Below are positions 12,326-24,465 of a stretch of 53,336 bases of DNA, one piece after another. The notes beneath the pieces are model-generated. The model was not told the origin of the DNA and did not search any database. It saw nothing but the letters and a program-made list of their open reading frames with translations. The position numbers and the translations under genes were made by a program. The DNA lies in contig NC_068984.1 of the NCBI RefSeq assembly GCF_001194135.2, positions 54,966,548 through 55,019,883 on the forward strand, in the 5' to 3' direction. The number at the start of each line of letters is the position of its first letter. Positions within the stretch are counted from its first letter, which is position 1. Source of the stretch: Octopus bimaculoides. Its lineage: Eukaryota.

Positions 12326-13619
12326 ATCATACGTTCAAGTACTATTTGAAACAACAATATAGTAGCAACTTAATGAAAACGCAGAAATTGTTCCCGCCGG
12401 AGGAAAGAATAATGGCGTATATGAAGTGTTCACAGCTATTTGCAATGCACTGTAATCATGAGGATGAAGATTTACTGATTTTTCGATAAGTCGTGAATAG
12501 GACATCATTGAAGCATCAATAAATTGTCGTTGCTCTTCAATGAAACTCAATAATACAGCCAGCAATAAAACGCTTGCGTACAAGTATCTATCCTATTTAT
12601 AAAAACCTATGAATATTTTTAGTTACAATCATTTCTCCCGTCTCTCTCTCTCTCTCTCTGTCCCCCCTCTCTCTGTCTCTCACTCTTATAATCTATTCTC
12701 TTAAGACATGTTCATAGCACTGGTGAAGATAAAATCACGAATAAAGTAGTGATGATGATAATGAAAATGCTATTGATGACGAAACTATTCATATTTAAAT
12801 GTAGCAATATTTATGATGTATGAATAGCTCGTGTAAAAGCAGTATCTCATTTCAATGTCTGCACTTCCAAACTCGATACATCAGTACATCTCTGATTTTA
12901 ACCATCGTGTAAGAACGAGATTTCCTTCAGGTATATATATATATATNNNNNNNNNNNNNNNNNNNNNNNNNNNNNNNNNNNNNNNNNNNNNNNNNNNNNN
13001 NNNNTATATAATTCAAATTACGACAAACGTAAACAAACGAAGTTTGCTTTTAGAAGCGTTGAGATGTCTTAAAAAGTTAAAGAAGTGATTTTAAATTCTC
13101 AGTCGCAGAATAATGCTAATAATATAGCCTGAACATGATAATCTACCCCTATTTTGCAGAAAAAAGTGTAGGTGGTTAGCTGTGGACTCGAACTCACATC
13201 CTCGTGGTATGAATGTATCCATATACGTAAGTGTGTGTATGTATGTATGCATGTATATATGCAATAATTTTGAATTTGGGTATACACACTGTAGTATACT
13301 GTTTAAAGCCCTTCACTGTATTTGGCTAATTGACGTCATCAACAGTATGAATACAATGCCATTGGATTTACTTCGGGGATTCCTTCGTGTCTGTAGTGTT
13401 TACAAAATACGACAGTAAGAAAATGGAATTCACGAGGAACTTTAGAATTCACTACAATCGCTTCGACGCATCCGGTACCGGTGCATCATGAGTGAGATGC
13501 AGCTGGGTCTTGAAGTGTTGCACAAGTCTTTGTGGACCTAAAAAGTTTGCACATGCGTTGCGCTGTTAGTGATGGTCATACTCCTATAGAACATGACAAC
13601 CATCACAGACATATGCATA

Positions 13620-13790
13620 TAGGTAACTACACGTGACCCGTTGGCGATTTCTTCCCCTTCTTTGGACTATTCTCTTTCTTCTTTCCGACGAAGAGGTGTG
13701 CTCGAAACGTTAAACTCTCTCCATCGCCGAGCGTCAAGCTAGTACAGCACTTGAGCACGTACTCACGTTCGTTGTTTTTCTTCATTTAAA
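13620..13790 (+). mobile_element. Penelope-like element terminal remnant
   Basis: Contains a minimal hammerhead-like motif followed by a T-rich tail, the usual organisation of Penelope termini. Confidence 0.55.
13682..13714 (+). ncRNA. Minimal type-I hammerhead ribozyme-like motif (one core substitution)
   Basis: ttt-CCGACGA-a-gag(gtgtg)ctc-GAAA-cgt-t-aaa: stem I ttt/aaa, stem II gag/ctc, palindromic ACGT stem III, core CUGANGA with U4 to C. Confidence 0.6.
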
Positions 13791-14299
13791 AAAAATTTAT
13801 TACTAGTTTATTTGAATTGACTATGTATATATATATATATATATATATNNNNNNNNNNNNNNNNNNNNNNNNNNNNNNNNNNNNNNNNNNNNNNNNNNNN
13901 NNNNNNNNNNNNNNNNNNNNNNNNNNNNNNNNNNNNNNNNNNNNNNNNNNNNNNNNNNNNNNNNNNNNNNNNNNNNNNNNNNNNNNNNNNNNNNNNNNNN
14001 NNNNNNNNNNNNNNNNNNNNNNNNNNNNNNNNNNNNNNNNNNNNNNNNNNNNNNNNNNNNNNNNNNNNNNNNNNNNNNNNNNNNNNNNNNNNNNNNNNNN
14101 NNNNNNNNNNNNNNNNNNNNTATATATATATATATATATGTATAAATACATATACATATACCGACGTTTTTATGCTTGTGATTAGAAGAATATATTAATC
14201 AATGAAATTTCAGCTTAGTCTGATTTTCATGTTTTAGTATTTAAAATTTTTATAATTTTACATTATTGAAGTAAACTAGTACTTTCATACGTTTAGCAC

Positions 14300-15110
14300 T
14301 CACAGTTGTCAACACAGGAATCTGAATGAGAAGCAGATAGGATACACTGGTTCAGGAGGGATTGCAATCCCTGAATCAAAATCAGTTCGTTGTTCTGGGC
14401 ATCGACATGAATAATGGTGCATCTTTCCAGGTGCACGATATCAAGTTAGCAATAAAATGCAGACGACTGGCCGGATGGATCCTTCGAACCTTCAAAACAA
14501 GAGAAAAGGAAACTATGATGATCTTTCATTCACAGCCATCTGAATTACTGCTCCCAACTGTGGTCACCAAGCAGTGTAAAATTAACGATGAAACTCGAGG
14601 TGATCCAGCGAAGCTAGACGAAGATCCACACAATGCGACATATCAACTACTGGGAGAGACTGAAATAACTAAGACTCTGCTCCCTGGAGCGAAGGTAGGA
14701 AGGATAAGCAGGAATATTCATTTGGAAAATCCTAGAAAAAAAGTGCCAAACTTTGGCATTGTCATTTACATAAACAGCAGGACGGGGTGCAATTGCACAC
14801 TACCAAAACTCCTACGACATCGGCATCAGGATACAGAATCAAATACTGCAACATCTCGTGCTTCAAAGGCCTAAAAAGCCTGAGAAACCTGCATGTTCTG
14901 GATGTAGGCTTTTTCAAAACCAAACTGGATGTCCTGTCGAGAGTTCTGGATCAACCTACCTGAAGAAAAGAAACACAAATGAAGGTAGCAACGTCAAACA
15001 CCCTCAATCACCAAATGTCACACATCATAGTTTAGTGAAAGTGTAACAAAGCAAACGGTGGTGCCCCCGCATGGCTGCAATCAATGGAATGAAAGTAAGG
15101 AAAAAATATT
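14300..15110 (+). mobile_element. CR1/L2-group LINE, 5'-truncated RT C-terminus plus 3' UTR, frameshifted
   Basis: Translations KCRRLAGWILRTFKTRE, SYWERL-like, LYSLERR-like, IWKIL...VPNFGI and FFKTKLD are typical of the post-RT region of CR1/L2-group LINEs. Confidence 0.85.
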
Positions 15111-15196
15111 GTAAAATTGTAAAAGTGTAAAAATTGCAAATAATAAAACGTGAAAATCAGACTAAGTTGAAATTTCATTGCTTAATATAGATATAC

Positions 15197-15381
15197 TTGT
15201 GCGTGTGTGTGTGTGTGTGTGTGCGCGCGCGCGCGTGTGTATGTGCGTGCATATTTCTATGCACACTCATATGTTTATATGTTTATATATATATATATAT
15301 AAGGTTTTTAACTTTTAAATTTTCATATTCAAAAGGTAAGTTCTTATGCTATATTGGTAACGGATCCATCCTCTGGTAAAT

Positions 15382-15462
<81 letters not shown>
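15197..15462. repeat. (GT)n(GC)n and long (TA)n microsatellites
   Basis: Direct reading. Confidence 0.9.
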
Positions 15463-15464
<2 letters not shown>

Positions 15465-16924
15465 TAATATAGAAAGCCATTGGGATGGTTGAACTAGTAT
15501 ATCTTTGAGAATTTTCGAAGTTAAAGTTTGTATTATATAGCTTAACTTGTCGGAGCTAATCTGATTAACTGACACCAGAAAATATGAACAAAATCATTTG
15601 GAGAATTAATCATTTTTCTATATTTATGTATACTTTTCCTAATTTTAAGTACTGTACCAGTCGATGTCAAAATGCTTAATGACAAAATCCATTAAGATTT
15701 TATTGTTTAACAGAAATGTTTGTTTAATATCATAACCTTTTAGATTTAAATATTTAAAGACAATAATGTTTTGATAAATAAATTAACAGGAAATTTAAAG
15801 ATATAAATCTTTTCATCTTTCTGGTAATACACTGAAGTGGGAGATGCGATCATCTGGAAAATGGAAATGCACAGTCGACTACTATCGTCACCATTGCTTA
15901 TGTGTTTGTGGATATATGGTATACAAAGGTTAAACATGTTTATACAATTTCGGTTTTAAAGTAAATGTTTTAAATGCGCAAATCACATTTTCAGACATGC
16001 CAAAAACACATCTGAATTTCAACTCATAATTGCTCCAAATTTGACAGTTATATCGATAATTTGACTATAGTAAATATCTTGTTTATAAAGTAGGTTAAAT
16101 ACCAATTGAATACCAATAAACATTAAGCCTTGACAAAGTGAACGTGTTTTGAATGTATTTTATAAGGAACCTTATTTCTGATAAAATGCCAAGAAATTCA
16201 TTTGCATTTCTAAAACAGTCCCAATACATGCAACATAAAAACCAGTGCATCTATAAAATGAGAACCTCACGTCGCAGCTGTCATAATCCCGCTGTTCATG
16301 ATTTTAATATTGCAAAACATATTAATGTACATGATGTACATAGTAGAAATTGTGATATGTTTAACTTACGAGTTGCTACAAGCAAGAACAGATTTGTTTC
16401 ATTTCCCCAGAAACGCAATATTAAACACCAAGCCGGTGTAGATAGAAATTATTTAGAAATTCAGAATTGTGTCCACCAAGTTCATGGTCTTTTTACACAA
16501 TGAACATCACTCATAAACATTTTTATATCAAGAAGAGGTCCAGCTGGAAAATTTCCTAGTAAATATCAAATTCTGTCTGTAAAGAGTCCTCATTAAAAAT
16601 CATTTACACACGCTTGTTCCTTTAAAATTTATCAATCCTAGCAATTGACCGCTCGGGTACATAGTGCCTCATTTAAATAATCTTTACCATAATCTTAGAC
16701 AATTCTTTAATTTCTGAGGCAGCTGCATTAAAACCACATTATTTGACAGGTTAGCACTATAATACTTTTGCTTATCAATATATTTGTTAAACGAAAGTAG
16801 CAATAGAGGTATTAACAATATAATTATAAGTATTCATAGTTTATAATATATTTTATAGAAATTGATATTGAATATTTGTCCATAACATAAAGTTATTCTC
16901 AAGATCCATAAATGTAAAAATATT

Positions 16925-17200
16925 ACAATCAGTCTCAAAACTAATTGAACCCTCATGTAATTACCGAAACACGGAGGTTTGCCGAAAAAGAAGCTATGGC
17001 CAGGTAAAAACCATTGTATACTGGCTGAGAGTCTCCATTAGAGATACGTCAACGAGCTGGACATGTCTGTAGGGTACGCAGAATACTACTTCAAGACGCA
17101 TTGAAAGCATATATCGAAAATATATCGAAAATATCACAGCAATTTAAAGTAAATTGAAACTGGAAGGACGAAATAGTGAATACCAACATCATATAGGTAA
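16925..17200 (+). mobile_element. Possible mariner-like transposase N-terminal remnant
   Basis: With a frameshift, VSIRD/VNELDMSVGYAE resembles the mariner HTH segment (xTIRxIAxELxISxGSV). Confidence 0.35.
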
Positions 17201-17724
17201 TGTTAAAGGAGGAACAGACTTTATGAATGGTTCAAAATACTGTGATTTATGTTTCAAAGAAGAACAGCATACCACTACCAGCATAGAATGAAATCAGTTT
17301 GACTAGGCGACACAACCAAACTTTTGTCGCTTTACCTATTTCACTATATCTCTAGTTTTATACTCATCCCCCCCCCACACACACACGCATACAAATATGC
17401 ATGTGTTTGTATGTATATATATGGTTGTAAGTGCATGCATATATATATATATATATAATAAGGATTCAGAGAGAACCAGGTATTTGAATAGATATGCACC
17501 AGGTAGGGTTGGATAAATCTGTGGCTCCGGCCTATGGCTGGTAAGTATCAAATGGGATATTCCAGTTGTGTATACAGAGAAAACCAACCCTATGAGTATT
17601 TAGCGCCTAGGGCTGGTCCAAAACACGCGTTACGTTGAGCTGTGTGTTGTCGGTATACTCTAGGGTGTCCGAGACGTCGTAAATCCCCAAATTATCTCTT
17701 CTTGTGCATGTTGTGTACTATGTA

Positions 17725-17996
17725 AGACATTGTTGGCACTCCGTCACTTACGACATCGAGGGTTCCAGTTGATCTGATCAACGGAACAGCCTGCTCGGGA
17801 AATTAACGTGTTGAGCACACCACAGACACGTGTACCCTTAACGTAGTTCTCGGAGATATTCAGCGTGCCATGGTGTGTGACAAGGCTGACCCTTTGAATT
17901 ACAGGCACAACAGAAACAGGAAGTAAGAGTGAGAGAAAGTTGTGGTGAAAGAGCACAGCAGGGTTCGCCACCATCCACTGCTGGAGCCGCATGGAG
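17725..17996 (-). mobile_element. SINE of the same family as 45599-45983; 5' end lost in gap
   Basis: Reverse complement aligns closely with 45715-45975, including tail gtcgtaagtgacggagtgccaaca. Confidence 0.92.
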
Positions 17997-18348
17997 NNNN
18001 NNNNNNNNNNNNNNNNNNNNNNNNNNNNNNNNNNNNNNNNNNNNNNNNNNNNNNNNNNNNNNNNNNNNNNNNNNNNNNNNNNNNNNNNNNNNNNNNNNNN
18101 NNNNNNNNNNNNNNNNNNNNNNNNNNNNNNNNNNNNNNNNNNNNNNNNNNNNNNNNNNNNNNNNNNNNNNNNNNNNNNNNNNNNNNNNNNNNNNNNNNNN
18201 NNNNNNNNNNNNNNNNNNNNNNNNNNNNNNNNNNNNNNNNNNNNNNNNNNNNNNNNNNNNNNNNNNNNNNNNNNNNNNNNNNNNNNNNNNNNNNNNNNNN
18301 NNNNNNNNNNNNNNNNNNNNNNNNNNNNNNNNNNNNNNNNNNNNNNNN

Positions 18349-18690
18349 TGACAAGTATTCAGTTGTTTACATTTACTCCTTTGGCTGATTAAGCGGTGTA
18401 AAGCGTATTTAATTTCCATAGCTTCGTTTTGCTTTTCTCTTTTTAAATTTGCTGTTTTACCCTAACCCTAACCCTATCACCGATAGAATTGTTTCAGAAT
18501 CGTTTGTTTATGTAGTCGGCACTTAATGTATATCGGCTGAATGGACGTCAGTGATTGGTTTACAGAAATACGACAACTTTAACATGGAATAACTTGAGGA
18601 TTTCTTTTTTTTTTAAGAAGACTAAGAGAAAAAGATGTTTTATATGACACATTCTACCAGTGTTCCAAGTTTCAAAGTGTTTCAAATGAA
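18349..18690. mobile_element. Non-autonomous interspersed repeat with internal telomere-like (CCCTAA)x3
   Basis: ccctaaccctaacccta at 18460-18476 lies inside a sequence I recall as a common octopus repeat; class not determined. Confidence 0.4.
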
Positions 18691-18829
18691 TAATAACAGC
18701 TCCATGCAGCAAAGCCTGCACCCGTATCTACTGTTTGAGTACTTTTAGCCACTCTAATGATGTCCTAACTCAAATCAAATTTAGCATTTAACACTGTTTG
18801 AAATTTCAAGGATATCATTTAACACTGAA

Positions 18830-19900
18830 ATTCTAAAGAGATCAAATAGCGAAAATCTAATAAATAAGAAACCAGACCTCCGTCTTTCCTGTATACATAA
18901 GGGTACTCGCACCTTTAAACATTTTAAGGACATTAAACAACCTCTCTAATAGCTCCTAATCTAGGGCCAATCTAATTTACTCCCTCTATTGTTGACCCAG
19001 AAATCGATTGTTCTCCTTAATTGTCTGAGTTTTTCTAGTCTTGTTCTTTCGTTCCATTACTTCCAAATCACTCTTCCTATACTTGCATGGTATGCTATAT
19101 TGAAGGAACTAACCATTCTCTTTGTGGTGTACTCAGTATTATGCATTAGCGATAGCAAAGATAGCTAACCTAGAAGTAGCAGCTTGCAACTCCTTGCCAG
19201 TTCTTTTCCAATTCCACTAAGAAGGTAATCCTTATACCAAGGTACAGTCATATGCGCTGCGCATGTTAAACAATAGATGGAACACACTAACCAAACCTCT
19301 AAACTGCAACTATTGTCCTGAGTTTCATTACCTGATTCACACAATGGTAATTATACTATCTAATTAAATAATATCAACGCCACCTATATAACATCCCAAA
19401 TTGTTAAACATTAGACTCCTTTCCATTGCTGGCTTTCTTTCATATCCGATCTGGTATTTCCTCTAACTCTGTACTAGGTGTAGTTTATTACATAACCCCC
19501 TTTTTCTTTGAACTCCTTAATGATAAGCAGGATTCTATTATTACTACTAGGTTTTTCCTCTCCAGGCAAACATGTCCTAATACTAACCCTTATAACCAGT
19601 AACCCTTATAACATATTCGTATCTAAAACAACACCCTACATCTTTTCACATTACCAGATAAATCAATCCAGCATTGAATTATCAATTGCCTTCGTATCCT
19701 CCCGCAGCATTCACCTATATCCACAGAATACCCTAAATTCTATGTATCTCTGATCTTCTCCCTTTGTTCTTTAACCTTAGCTAGCAAATGCTAATCCCCG
19801 ATCCTATACCTAATTGGCTTTATTTATGCATTTATTTATTTTTCTTTACTTTTACTTTTTGCTTTCTTAGTTCTTTCTTTATTCTTTATCCTTACTTTAT
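18830..19900 (+). mobile_element. Very old L1/Tx1-like LINE RT remnant (tentative)
   Basis: Frame near 18960-19100 reads *GQSNLLPLLL-(30 aa)-ILAWYAIL, matching the spacing of RT motifs QGxPLSPLLF...L(Y/F)ADD; many stops. Confidence 0.3.
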
Positions 19901-20189
19901 CTTCCGCCCTCTCCAACTTCTCTAAGCCTACCATAATAAAATATCACCTACACTCAACTCTAGGCTACTAAAGAACCGGTCTAGCAGACTACTATCTTAT
20001 GCAGGGCGTTGAACTTAAATATCATATTACATCTTTTCACAAACTACATTCTTAACCCAACCTCATCCCCTAATGCCCACAACGGCCAACTTTGTTTGTA
20101 TGTAGGTATAGATTTGATTTGTTAACCATATACCTGTAAAAATTGTGAAGCATGCAAGCAATAATTGTAATCCATTCTTTACTTTTATA

Positions 20190-20206
20190 TTCATACATAC
20201 ATACAT

Positions 20207-20255
<49 letters not shown>

Positions 20256-20763
20256 ATCCAAGGATGGAATTTAATTCATCCCTATGCACGTTTTGACTAA
20301 TCATGTGTTGTGTATATGTATATGTATATATATATATATANNNNNNNNNNNNNNNNNNNNNNNNNNNNNNNNNNNNNNNNNNNNNNNNNNNNNNNNNNNN
20401 NNNNNNNNNNNNNNNNNNNNNNNNNNNNNNNNNNNNNNNNNNNNNNNNNNNNNNNNNNNNNNNNNNNNNNNNNNNNNNNNNNNNNNNNNNNNNNNNNNNN
20501 NNNNNNNNNNNNNNNNNNNNNNNNNNNNNNNNNNNNNNNNNNNNNNNNNNNNNNNNNNNNNNNNNNNNNNNNNNNNNNNNNNNNNNNNNNNNNNNNNNNN
20601 NNNNNNNNNNNNNNNNNNNNNNNNNNNNNNNNNNNNNNNNNNNNNNNNNNNNNNNNNNNNNNNNNNNNNNNNNNNNNNNNNNNNNNNNNNNNNNNNNNNN
20701 NNNNNNNNNNNNNNNNNNNNNNNNNNNNNNNNNNNNNNNNNNNNNNNNNNNNNNNNNNNNNNN

Positions 20764-20806
<43 letters not shown>

Positions 20807-20814
20807 CATACATG

Positions 20815-20849
<35 letters not shown>

Positions 20850-20960
20850 GAGTGTACATAAACGTATACATATGTTTTAGTATTTGTATTTATGTACATA
20901 CGAACATACGATAGATATATGTTTGTATGTATGTATGTATGTATGTATGTAAGCATGCAT
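20190..20960. repeat. Compound (CATA)n/(CA)n/(TA)n/(TATG)n microsatellites around a 423-N gap
   Basis: Direct reading; all ORFs here are artefacts. Confidence 0.95.
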
Positions 20961-22059
20961 GCAAGTATATGTGCGTTGAGTGCATCTTCTTTAGGTTATA
21001 CGAGTTGGGCACTGTAATCAAATGTAAGTTTGATAAAAATGTTCTGAGATGCAAAAATTTGAATATGTTGCTTTTTTGCTAAGTCCCAAAAAGCAACACA
21101 AGGAGCATTTCATTTTTTCAGTCTGTTGCGCAATTCCGAATCTCTTTTCTTCAATTTTTTTTTACCGGTTTTACTGTCTTCTTTTTTCTTGTTAGTGAAA
21201 ACATTATTCTAGATTTTAAATCTGTTAAGTGAGTCTCTACTGCACGCTATAGTATATAGTCTTTATTCTTTCTTCTTTTAATATTTTACCCTCAGAGACT
21301 TATCAGCTTCCTCGATCAAAACTAAACAATGAAAACTTATGGTCTTTATTGTCTTTCGTCTTCTTTTCTTCTTTTTTTATGTATTGCTTTCTTCATTTCA
21401 AAAAATAAAATCTGTAGATGTTTTTCGTATTTTTTTAAAATCAAATCTTTTAAGATTAAGTTTTATGCAATTTCAACTTATTCCTTTTTTCTCTTTGTCT
21501 CTAAACTTGCCATAAACTATTTTTCTTCTAATTGTATTATTTAAAACTTGAACGACTGCTTTATATCAGTAAGTCTTGTCGTCGGCGAGTTTCCTTGTAG
21601 ATTCTGACTAAGTGGGTTACACTCACCCCCTCTCTCACTTGCCCGCACTCATCACATAACAGTATAATAGCGAAAGAACCTTCTTGCTTAAATGTATGCT
21701 CGTTTCTCGTGTCCTAATAGTTACTGAGTTTCCAGTATAGTACCTTATGTGACTTTCATGAGATCTCCTTTACTTAATCGGTTCAATGATTGAGTGCTTG
21801 CGCATGCAGTGTTCCAGAAAATGAATACGTGCTTCTATTTATTGATTGTTTTTTTATTTATGCTTTCCATATCGTCTTTCTCTTTCCCTGCATATATTAT
21901 TCCTTCTTATTTTCATGACCATCAACATATTTTACTTTCTTTTACATCCTCGTACAAATAATGTCCCTCTAATACAAAGCACCACTACGTTTATCAAACC
22001 TCTTCCTCCATAATTGCATATCATATACAGTATATTAGTATCAACACTTTCATGAAAAT

Positions 22060-22141
22060 CCATCCATCCATCCATCCATCTACTCACCCACCCATCCATC
22101 CATATATACATATACATATATACATATAATCATACACCCAC

Positions 22142-22221
<80 letters not shown>
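22060..22221. repeat. (CATC)n and (TA)n microsatellites
   Basis: Direct reading; the Helitron coding remnant ends at this tract. Confidence 0.95.
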
Positions 22222-22222
<1 letters not shown>

Positions 22223-23800
22223 GATACGGCAAAACAATATCTCGTTTACTATTTCCTTCAACTATATTAATAGCCAATTCATCACACTCCGATACATTGA
22301 ATCGACGGACATGTCCTCCGGCTGGGCTTTTGTCAGCATCGTTGACAACTTGAAACTTCGCAGTTGAAGTATATTCTAAAGCATACTGAAAGCTTCTCAC
22401 ATAAGAATTCTTTTCGTGAAGCATTTCTTGCTGCTTAAAAAGGAATTCTAATCTAGTACCTGGATAATACTTGTGGCGACACTGCTTCTTTTTGAATATC
22501 ACCTATAAAATATATTTGTAAAATCTGTGGATCTTTATTCTGTAAAGGCTTGAGAGAGCCAATTCTGATAAATTTGTGTTTTCACTTTAAAACTCAGCAA
22601 AAAACCACTTTCCCTATTAATCTTTGCTCCAAATGATGTCATTTGAAAAACACGATTTTAAGAAAGTGTTTTGATTCTGAGGTGATACCCAAAAGAAGAT
22701 GTTTTATAAGTTGTGGAGGCTCCGTTATTGGTAAATAGACTTTACCTTCAGAACAACACATACCTAGGGATTCCTTGTCCCACTTCCTAGCTCCACACTT
22801 TTCACATGTTTTGCACATAGAGCCCATGGAGACAATTTTTGCAGATGCTTAATTACGTTTAGGATCATAATTAAATGATACACCTGGCCATTGAAATCGT
22901 CCATAATTTTTCTGCTGATTTTTAGTCGTATTTTTCGGTCGTTTTCACTCTCTTGTTTTCTATTTATTCTACCTTTTTCTCTCCTTTTTTTGCAACCGCA
23001 TTTCTTTGTCTTTTTTCTTTTCTTGTACATTTTTATTTCTATAATTTTCTTTCTTTCTCTGCAATTTGTTTCCCCTAACTTTATCATCTTCTTGTTATTT
23101 TATCCTCCTCTTATATTCCCTAATTTTTGGCAATCTAACTTTCCGATATTTTTTACTTTCTTCTACAATTTTCACATTAATTGTTTGAATTATCATTCTT
23201 CTCATGTCTTTTTTACTGCCTTGTGAAATTTCATTTCCTTCCACATTTCTCTCATGCACATGATTGTTTATGGGAAAGAGATCATCGTAGTCGCCGTTGT
23301 CAATTTCACCACTATATATAACACAGAAAACTTCTTTTCTGTAATTGTTCGATCGCAAACGGTAAACAGAGGAAGAATAATTTCATCGTTATTTTTGTGA
23401 TGAACCTGAATTGCCAGAATGTATAATTCACTAATGGCAGCTAATTCAACATTACCGCTGTATGTTCCATCTCTACTCATGTATGCTTGGTATTCCTGCA
23501 TTGTATTATTAGGAATAAAGGAATGAAAATACCTATGAGTTGTCCTACAACAATATCCACGATTTTATTAACTAGTTTCATTCTTTCTGTCCTCTTGCCT
23601 CATAACAGCCAAAATCTTATCCGCTGGTGACATTTTTCCCTTTGCTGTGTCTTCATATTTTACGTTGACATGTCCATTTTTGTTCTTGTTTCGAAATGTA
23701 CATTTCATCATCTAATGTTGAGGTATTTCTAAGTACTAAATCTCCTCAAACTGAAGTACTTCGTTGTTTCTCTTAATTTCCAAGTCTCTATTTTCCCTGT
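22222..23800 (-). mobile_element. Decayed Helitron/Helentron-type rolling-circle transposon N-terminal region: OTU-like domain, K/R-rich linker, Cys-rich motif, Helitron-like N domain
   Basis: In order on minus: YMSRDGTYSGNVELAAISELY...GEIDNGDYDDLFP (OTU-like); CKTCEKCGARKWDKESLGMCCSEGKVYLP...SKHF; FKVKTQIY/RIGSL...DPQILQIYF; LHEKNSYVRSFQYALE...RRFNVSECDELA...KRDIVL. These are hallmark Helitron Rep N-terminal motifs. Frameshifted and truncated by (TA)n. Confidence 0.88.
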
Positions 23801-24298
23801 CGTCATCTCTGAAAGACGTTTCTGATAACTAGGATCGGGCCCAATATAATATTTCATGACTACTTTAATCATCTTTTTCTCAACTTATTCTATACTTTGC
23901 AGTGCCCGTGGTTTGATGTCCTGAGTACGCTCAATCCTCCCTCTACCGGTCAAGAGATCTTCACATGAAATTCAAGTGCTTTTTATACCATTGTGTGAAT
24001 TCTCATTCGAGTGTACAGTTAGTATTCTTACAGTGACGCCTTCTCTAGGCAGGTTGTCATTCAAATCTTTAAAAATACGTCTGCCTTTAGCTAAGGGATG
24101 TTACGTTGCGATATTTTCTACAACTAGTATTTCATTGCTCATAGATCACGTGGATTTTCGCCAATGGACCAGTAGTACAGATTGTAGTCTTCCGTCAGTC
24201 GGTGGTAAACCCGATCCCAGCTTGACTTGTACGCTAAGGTTAAATGTCCGGCTCTGTCTAAGGTTAAATGTCTGGCACGTGGTTAGTTGAAGGAAGAA

Positions 24299-24302
<4 letters not shown>

Positions 24303-24372
<70 letters not shown>
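24303..24372. repeat. (GA)n(GT)n microsatellite
   Basis: Direct reading. Confidence 0.95.
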
Positions 24373-24373
<1 letters not shown>

Positions 24374-24465
24374 GAGTTTGTGTGTTGATCGAAAGGAACG
24401 AAGTAGAAAGCAGCTACATGAATTTTGTCATGTAATAAAATATAGTGACAGACAAAATATAGTGA

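Noticed and set aside
11982-12489. Poly-Ser/Leu/Lys/Arg ORFs
   Set aside because: Translations of the (CTT)n/(CCT)n tract.
12335-12583. 82-aa minus ORF with a signal-peptide-like start
   Set aside because: Starts at TTG, no good splice acceptor, no recognisable domain.
15820-15900. Ig-like SGKWKCTV motif
   Set aside because: Short, no flanking Ig strands or convincing splice sites.
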